Origin: an uncultured Actinomycetes bacterium
Lineage (GTDB): Bacteria > Actinomycetota > Actinomycetes > S36-B12 > UBA10799
DNA: 64,000 nt
Direction of reading: 5' to 3'
Assembly: GCA_946803585.1 (NCBI GenBank)
Contig: CAMPEQ010000010.1
Coordinates: 143,052 to 207,051, forward strand
Shown here: one piece after another, positions 58,711 to 64,000 of the stretch
Numbering within the stretch: position 1 is the stretch's first letter
Layout: each line of letters begins with the position of its first letter
The notes under the pieces: generated by a model
What the model was told of the DNA's origin: nothing
What the model saw: the letters and a program-made list of their open reading frames with translations, nothing else
Databases searched by the model: none
Program-made: the position numbers and the translations under genes

Positions 58711-59622
58711 TCAGACCCGCAAATACCTACGAACCGTGAGTACAGCAGCCGCACAAGATAAGACAAGTCCTGTCAAAAAGACGCCAACCATAATTCGGAT
58801 GACCTCATCCCAACCAATGAATGCGGTGAATCGGAAGGACGGTTCCAGCACTTGGTCAATGAGGTACACCTTCTCGACCGCGATTGCGCCCACGGCAATA
58901 CCGCCTCCAATCGCCGCGGCAATCGCCGCTTCCAGGACGAAAGGCAGCTGAATATAGAAGTTGCTAGCGCCGACCAACTTCATGATTCCGGTCTCGCGGC
59001 GCCTGCTGTAGGCAGCAACCCGCATCGTGTTCACAACTAGCAACACGGTGACCAGCAACATCGCGATCGCGATTCCTAGCGCGACCGCTTGTAGGCCGCC
59101 GAGGAGTTTGAAGAATCTCTCCAGCAGTTTCCGTTGATCCTGCACTTGTTCGACACCGGGCGCGGTGCCGACTGCAGCGGCAACCTTTGCGAAATCCTCC
59201 GGATTAACAAGCTTGACGCGGTAGGACTCCGGCAATGACTCGGGTGTCACGTTCTCCAGGATGGGCGAGTCCTTGAACTGCTGCTGGAACCTGGCGTACG
59301 CATCCTGTTGAGACTCGTAGAAGACCTCTTCCACCACACCAGTCATTGACGTCAACTGGGCGTTGATTGCCTGACGCTGCGCATCGGTGACAGCTCCATC
59401 TGGACAGGCAACCGGGTCAGACGCCGCTCCACAAAGGAAGACGGACACCTCGACTCGGTCGTACCAATAGTCCTTCATCGTGTCGACCTGCGAACGAACC
59501 ATCAGGCCGGTGCCAAACAGCGTCAGCGAGACGGCAATCGTCAAGATGACGGCAACGGTCATCGTGAAGTTACGGAACAAACCGTGGCGAACCTCGCGAA
59601 ACGCCAGTGACAGTCTTCTCAT
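58711..59622 (-). CDS. ftsX: cell division permease FtsX
   Basis: 303 aa. N-terminal TM, a periplasmic domain and three C-terminal TMs. Lies directly downstream of ftsE. Confidence 0.9.
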   Translation of the reverse strand: MRRLSLAFREVRHGLFRNFTMTVAVILTIAVSLTLFGTGLMVRSQVDTMKDYWYDRVEVSVFLCGAASDPVACPDGAVTDAQRQAINAQLTSMTGVVEEVFYESQQDAYARFQQQFKDSPILENVTPESLPESYRVKLVNPEDFAKVAAAVGTAPGVEQVQDQRKLLERFFKLLGGLQAVALGIAIAMLLVTVLLVVNTMRVAAYSRRRETGIMKLVGASNFYIQLPFVLEAAIAAAIGGGIAVGAIAVEKVYLIDQVLEPSFRFTAFIGWDEVIRIMVGVFLTGLVLSCAAAVLTVRRYLRV

Positions 59623-59633
59623 CGTCGCCCCGC

Positions 59634-60323
59634 CTATCCCGAGTACCCGTAGACGCCGCGAGCCTCATCGCGAACAACTTGGCCACCAACGAGTTCGACC
59701 ACACGCTTGCGCATTTGGTCGACGATGGCGGCGTCGTGGGTAGCCATAATGACTGTCGTCCCAGTTCGGTTAATTCGATCGAGTAACCGCATGATGCCCA
59801 AGGACGTTGTTGGGTCCAAGTTCCCGGTCGGCTCGTCGGCAATCAGGATCGGCGGCTTGTTAACAAACGCCCGGGCGATCGCGACCCGTTGCTGCTCGCC
59901 ACCGGATAGCTGGGTAGGCCGACGATCCGCGAGATCGGTCAGACCAACGAGTTCAAGGGCCTCTTCCACCGCAGGACCGACCTTCGACTTGGGTGCACCG
60001 ATGACATCAAGGGCGAACGCGACGTTCTGGGTGACCGACTTCTCTGGGAGGAGGCGGAAGTCTTGGAACACCGACCCCATCTTTCGACGGTATTTGGGGA
60101 TGCGAAACCGGCGCATCTTGGCGATGTCTTTGTCGTTGACAATAATCCGACCGTCGCTGGGCTTGTCCTCGCGTAGCAATAGCCGCAGGAAGGTCGACTT
60201 CCCTGATCCCGACGGCCCAACGAGGAAGGCGAACTCACCATCGTCAATCGTGAGGTCGATATCGTCGAGTGCAGGTGCATCTTCGGTGTTGTAGCGCTTC
60301 GATACATGCTCGAACTGGATCAC
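59634..60323 (-). CDS. ftsE: cell division ATP-binding protein FtsE
   Basis: GTG 60323 gives [11 protein letters not shown] and 229 aa. Walker [10 protein letters not shown], signature LSGGEQQR, Walker B ILIADEPT. Confidence 0.95.
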   Translation of the reverse strand: MIQFEHVSKRYNTEDAPALDDIDLTIDDGEFAFLVGPSGSGKSTFLRLLLREDKPSDGRIIVNDKDIAKMRRFRIPKYRRKMGSVFQDFRLLPEKSVTQNVAFALDVIGAPKSKVGPAVEEALELVGLTDLADRRPTQLSGGEQQRVAIARAFVNKPPILIADEPTGNLDPTTSLGIMRLLDRINRTGTTVIMATHDAAIVDQMRKRVVELVGGQVVRDEARGVYGYSG

Positions 60324-60530
60324 GGGGGCATCGACCTTGCTGTTGGCAGTGGGGTGCTCAACGGGGGGAATCCGACCGTGCACGGTCGGCCGTTGGCTCG
60401 AGTCACATTATGGTGCTGGGCTCATGGTGCATAGAACCGACACGGTTACACGCCATTTTTGGCCGGATCTTTCCTCTTCGATCACTTAACGATTACATTC
60501 GCTGACGGCCGCTAATGGCCCGAATGCCCG

Positions 60531-61049
60531 CTACATTGTTGCGGCTGCTTGCCCAATCGCTGAGGCGAGCACGGGCCGAGGTAGCCCAACTTGGTCTGCC
60601 AGCAAGATGGAGGCATCGCCGTAGGCCGCAATCGCGGCGAGAGTCCGACCATCAATCGCGTCGGGTAGTTCCTCACTGGTCACGGTGCCGAACACCCGCA
60701 GAATCATTGCCTCCGCTGCCGCGGTGAGCTTCTCATCCTCGGGCGGAACTAGCTCTGGGAAGGTGGTCGTGACGGTGCGACGAATCGATCCCTTCACCAG
60801 ATCGACGGCCTCGTCCTCACTCTGAGCCAGGCTGAGTGCAACGAGGGCGACGACATTGGACAAAGCGACACCGGCATTGAGTACCTGGGAGCTATGCAGT
60901 GGGGACTCCAACGCGGCGTGCAAACCGGTCATGAATGGGGCTGCTGAATCCGAATCGATATAGGAGGCGAACTCCCCACCGGCATATCTGACAACGCTCG
61001 GATCAATGCTGTCCTTGGCCGCAAGGGCTAGTGGTGAGAAATGCTGCAC
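60531..61049 (-). CDS. hypothetical protein
   Basis: 172-aa ORF, Ala/Leu-rich. No motif recognised. Confidence 0.4.
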   Translation of the reverse strand: MQHFSPLALAAKDSIDPSVVRYAGGEFASYIDSDSAAPFMTGLHAALESPLHSSQVLNAGVALSNVVALVALSLAQSEDEAVDLVKGSIRRTVTTTFPELVPPEDEKLTAAAEAMILRVFGTVTSEELPDAIDGRTLAAIAAYGDASILLADQVGLPRPVLASAIGQAAATM

Positions 61050-61145
61050 CCGCAGACCCTAACCCGCCGCGCTTCGAGCCTCACAATCGGTCACCGCTTG
61101 AGCTAGCCGATCGACCACTTGGCAGCGCTCATTTACTAACGAGGT

Positions 61146-64000
61146 CTACTGATCGGGCCGGGTAAGCGGGAACAACACCGAATCGCGAATATTGCGCCCC
61201 GTCAGCAACATGAGAAGTCGATCAATTCCCATCCCTTGGCCGCCCGTCGGAGGCATTCCGTATTCCAGCGCTCGCAAGAAGTCCTCATCGACTTCCATCG
61301 CCTCGGAGTCCCCTGCAGCGGCCAACAGCGATTGCGCGGTCAACCGGTCACGTTGATCGAGCGGATCAATCAGCTCGGTGTAGGCAGTTCCGATCTCGGC
61401 ACCCCAAGCGACGAGATCCCAACGCTCAGCCAACCGCGGTTCACTTGGCTTCTTACGCGTCAGCGGAGAAACATCAGTCGGGAAGTCGGTCCAGAACACC
61501 GGCGTCGTTGTACGGGCCTCGCAGAGATGCTCGTACAACTCAAGGGTGAGCTGGCCTGCTCCCCAGTTCTGATCCCGGGCGATGCCCGCGTGATCTGCCA
61601 ACCGACGTAGCGTCGGCAGGTCGGTATCTACCGTTACTTCTTCACCCAACGCGCTCGAGATGCCCTCATGCAAGGTGATGACCGGCCAATCTCCGGAGAT
61701 ATCGACTTCCTCATAGCCTTGACTGCCGTCGTAAGCCCCAGCAACGGGACGCTTCACTATCGGGCGGCCATGCACCGCCACCGCAGCGGCCAGAATCAGC
61801 TCTCGGGTGAGGACACGCATCGTGTCGTAATCACCATAAGCGTCGTACATTTCCATACTGGTGAATTCGGGATTGTGCGTCGAGTCAGCACCCTCGTTCC
61901 GGAAGTTCCGATTGAGTTCAAAGACCCGCTCGACTCCGCCCACCAGTAAACGTTTCAGGAACAGCTCCGGGGCGATTCGCATGTAGAGCTGCATGTCGTA
62001 GGCATTGATGTGGGTAATAAACGGACGGGCGTTCGCCCCGCCGTGGACACGCTGCATCATCGGAGTCTCGACCTCTAAATAGTCTCTACCCCACAGTTGC
62101 TCCCGGATCGCTCGCACCATCTCCGAGCGCATCGCGAGCATGTCGCGTGATTCTTGGTTCACGATCAAGTCGACGTAGCGTTGACGAACCCGCGCCTCCG
62201 GATCGTTCAAACCCTTGTGCTTATCGGGTAAGGGAACCAGGCATTTGGACGTAATCGTGAAGTCGTCGGCAAGCACCGACAACTCACCTCGTTTAGACGT
62301 AATAACCTCGCCAGTCACTCCAACAATGTCGCCAAGATCGAGGTCTTGTTTCCAACTCGTGAGATTGTCCTCACCGGCAACTGCCAGCGAGACCATGATC
62401 TGAATATCACCCGTCCAGTCGCGCAACTCCGCGAAGCAGAGCTTGCCAGTAACTCGGTTGAGCATGACCCGACCGGCGATGCTGACAACCGTGCCAGTTC
62501 TGGCATCCGGCTCTAGATCGGCGTATTGCTCGCGCACCTTGGCGATCGTCGTAGAGCGTTGGAAATTCGTCGCATACGGGTCAACTCCCCTGTCGCGCAT
62601 ATTCGCCAATTTCTGCCGCCGAACCTTCTCTTGCTCGGGCAGTCCGGCAAATGGGTCTTCGGCCGCATCCTGCGCCGTTTGAGCAGCGATTTGAGCGAGC
62701 TTTGCTTCCTGCGCCTCGTAGAGCTCGACCGGCGACGCGTCGCAGGCTGCACGGAGCGGTGACCGCGCCTTACCAGGATTGCCGAACCACGACCGAGGAC
62801 TCGGAACGGTCACGAACCCCTCCGCGATTCCCGCGGCGATGCCAACCCTGGGTAGGTCCCCCACAGTCTCAAACATCATGTACCGAGGCACCCAGTCAGG
62901 GGCATACTTCTCGTTTGAGCGATAGAGCGATTCCAGCTGGAACCATCGCGACGCAAACAGCAGCGTGGCTCGAGTCAGTCGCAGGACCGGTCCAGCACCG
63001 ATCCGCTCGCCCTCAGCAAAGATCGCGCGCATTACTGCGAAGTTGAGGGAGACCTTGTCCGCCCCGATCTGTGGCCCGGCGGCGACCAAGCTGGTGACCA
63101 TGAACTCCATGACACCGTTCTCGGAGTCCCGAGACCGCCGCATGAGATCGAGCGAAAGCCCCTTGTCACCCCACGGCGAGAACGACAGCAGCGCTTCTCT
63201 ATTGCCTTCCGGGTCGAATGCCTCCACCAAGACGCACCGACCGTCGAGGGGGTCACCGAGGCGTCCGAGCGCCATCGAGAACCCTCGCTCATTGTCAGTA
63301 TCGCGCCACCGATCTGCGTCAGCGATCACTCCCGCCATCTCATCCTCGGGAATCTCCGCATGACGACGTACCTTGGCCGTGTAACCAGCTCGCTCGATAC
63401 GGTTGACCGCTTGCCGAACGACCCGCATATGCCGTCCGTCAAGCTGGTAGTCACGGAAGTACAGGATCGCCTCATCCCCGAGTTCGACCGCACCAAGGCC
63501 AGCTTTGGCGTACGCCTCAGCACCCATCTCGCTAGCACCCATGACTGCCGGTGCCCATGCGTGCTTATGGGCATCCTCTAACCAAGCTTCGATTGCTGCA
63601 GGCCAGGCCTGCGGGTCCCCTATCGGATCCGCACTTGCCAGGCTCACGCCGAAGACCACGCGTGAGGTCACGGCCGCCTTACCCGATGGCGCCCAATCAA
63701 CTGACTTGTCACGTCGCGTCGCGAAGTAGCCGAGGGAATCACGCTCCCCTGTCTGCGCGAGCATGACCCGCAGCGCAACCTCGTCCTCACCGGAGAGCAT
63801 TCGGCTCTTACGCCGAGGCTTGAACAGAACGTAAGCAGTCGCGATGAAAGTGGCCGAGCCAAACAGCGCGATCAGTCCGGAGATGAGGAAGGGTGCATGT
63901 ACTGACTGGTCCAGGGACGGGTCCTGACCGAGTACGCCGAGGAACTCCGATGAGACGACACCGAGCTTGTCGAGCTGCAATTGCGGATCGCCGAAGACAG
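61146..64000 (-). CDS. lysX: bifunctional lysylphosphatidylglycerol synthetase / lysine--tRNA ligase (LysX-like); 5' end lies outside the window
   Basis: The frame stays open to base 64000. The N-terminal part seen here resembles the MprF C-terminal lysyl-PG synthase domain. The C-terminal ~500 aa are class II LysRS (OB fold, FRNEG, GMGIDRL). Confidence 0.9.
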   Translation of the reverse strand, partial: VFGDPQLQLDKLGVVSSEFLGVLGQDPSLDQSVHAPFLISGLIALFGSATFIATAYVLFKPRRKSRMLSGEDEVALRVMLAQTGERDSLGYFATRRDKSVDWAPSGKAAVTSRVVFGVSLASADPIGDPQAWPAAIEAWLEDAHKHAWAPAVMGASEMGAEAYAKAGLGAVELGDEAILYFRDYQLDGRHMRVVRQAVNRIERAGYTAKVRRHAEIPEDEMAGVIADADRWRDTDNERGFSMALGRLGDPLDGRCVLVEAFDPEGNREALLSFSPWGDKGLSLDLMRRSRDSENGVMEFMVTSLVAAGPQIGADKVSLNFAVMRAIFAEGERIGAGPVLRLTRATLLFASRWFQLESLYRSNEKYAPDWVPRYMMFETVGDLPRVGIAAGIAEGFVTVPSPRSWFGNPGKARSPLRAACDASPVELYEAQEAKLAQIAAQTAQDAAEDPFAGLPEQEKVRRQKLANMRDRGVDPYATNFQRSTTIAKVREQYADLEPDARTGTVVSIAGRVMLNRVTGKLCFAELRDWTGDIQIMVSLAVAGEDNLTSWKQDLDLGDIVGVTGEVITSKRGELSVLADDFTITSKCLVPLPDKHKGLNDPEARVRQRYVDLIVNQESRDMLAMRSEMVRAIREQLWGRDYLEVETPMMQRVHGGANARPFITHINAYDMQLYMRIAPELFLKRLLVGGVERVFELNRNFRNEGADSTHNPEFTSMEMYDAYGDYDTMRVLTRELILAAAVAVHGRPIVKRPVAGAYDGSQGYEEVDISGDWPVITLHEGISSALGEEVTVDTDLPTLRRLADHAGIARDQNWGAGQLTLELYEHLCEARTTTPVFWTDFPTDVSPLTRKKPSEPRLAERWDLVAWGAEIGTAYTELIDPLDQRDRLTAQSLLAAAGDSEAMEVDEDFLRALEYGMPPTGGQGMGIDRLLMLLTGRNIRDSVLFPLTRPDQ

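Overview
This 64 kb window comes from a high-GC (by eye about 58-62%) Gram-positive chromosome, most likely Actinomycetota. The supporting synteny is furA-katG, ftsE-ftsX-...-smpB...ssrA, a bifunctional lysX, WS/DGAT, and LemA-HtpX. Most of the window is densely packed housekeeping and cell-envelope genes. These include pckG, katG/furA, MTAP/MtaD, ogt, an amidase, and an alanine:cation symporter. There are also several peptidoglycan-remodelling enzymes: two L,D-transpeptidase paralogs, two SLT lytic transglycosylases, a coiled-coil NlpC/P60 protein and a coiled-coil M23 protein.

Two RNA genes were found by hand-folding: a tRNA-Arg (anticodon UCG by my fold) at 42735..42807 (+) and the tmRNA gene ssrA at 53975..54353 (-). 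Their 3' ends face each other and bracket about 11 kb of accessory DNA.

That accessory DNA is dominated by a six-gene, translationally coupled Type I restriction-modification operon: hsdM-hsdS-[GIY-YIG/DUF4357]-[RhuM]-hsdR-[M48/DUF45 peptidase]. The three non-canonical passenger genes are the best candidate in this window for an uncharacterised defence module. They sit where the latent abortive-infection nuclease PrrC sits in the EcoprrI locus.

I saw no CRISPR array, integrase, transposase or prophage. All calls rest on reading the sequence and the ORF translations by eye (motifs, signal peptides, start/stop overlaps, hairpins). No database search or computation was run. Many track ORFs are alternative-start over-extensions or antisense shadows typical of high-GC DNA, so starts were trimmed where a better start or RBS was visible.
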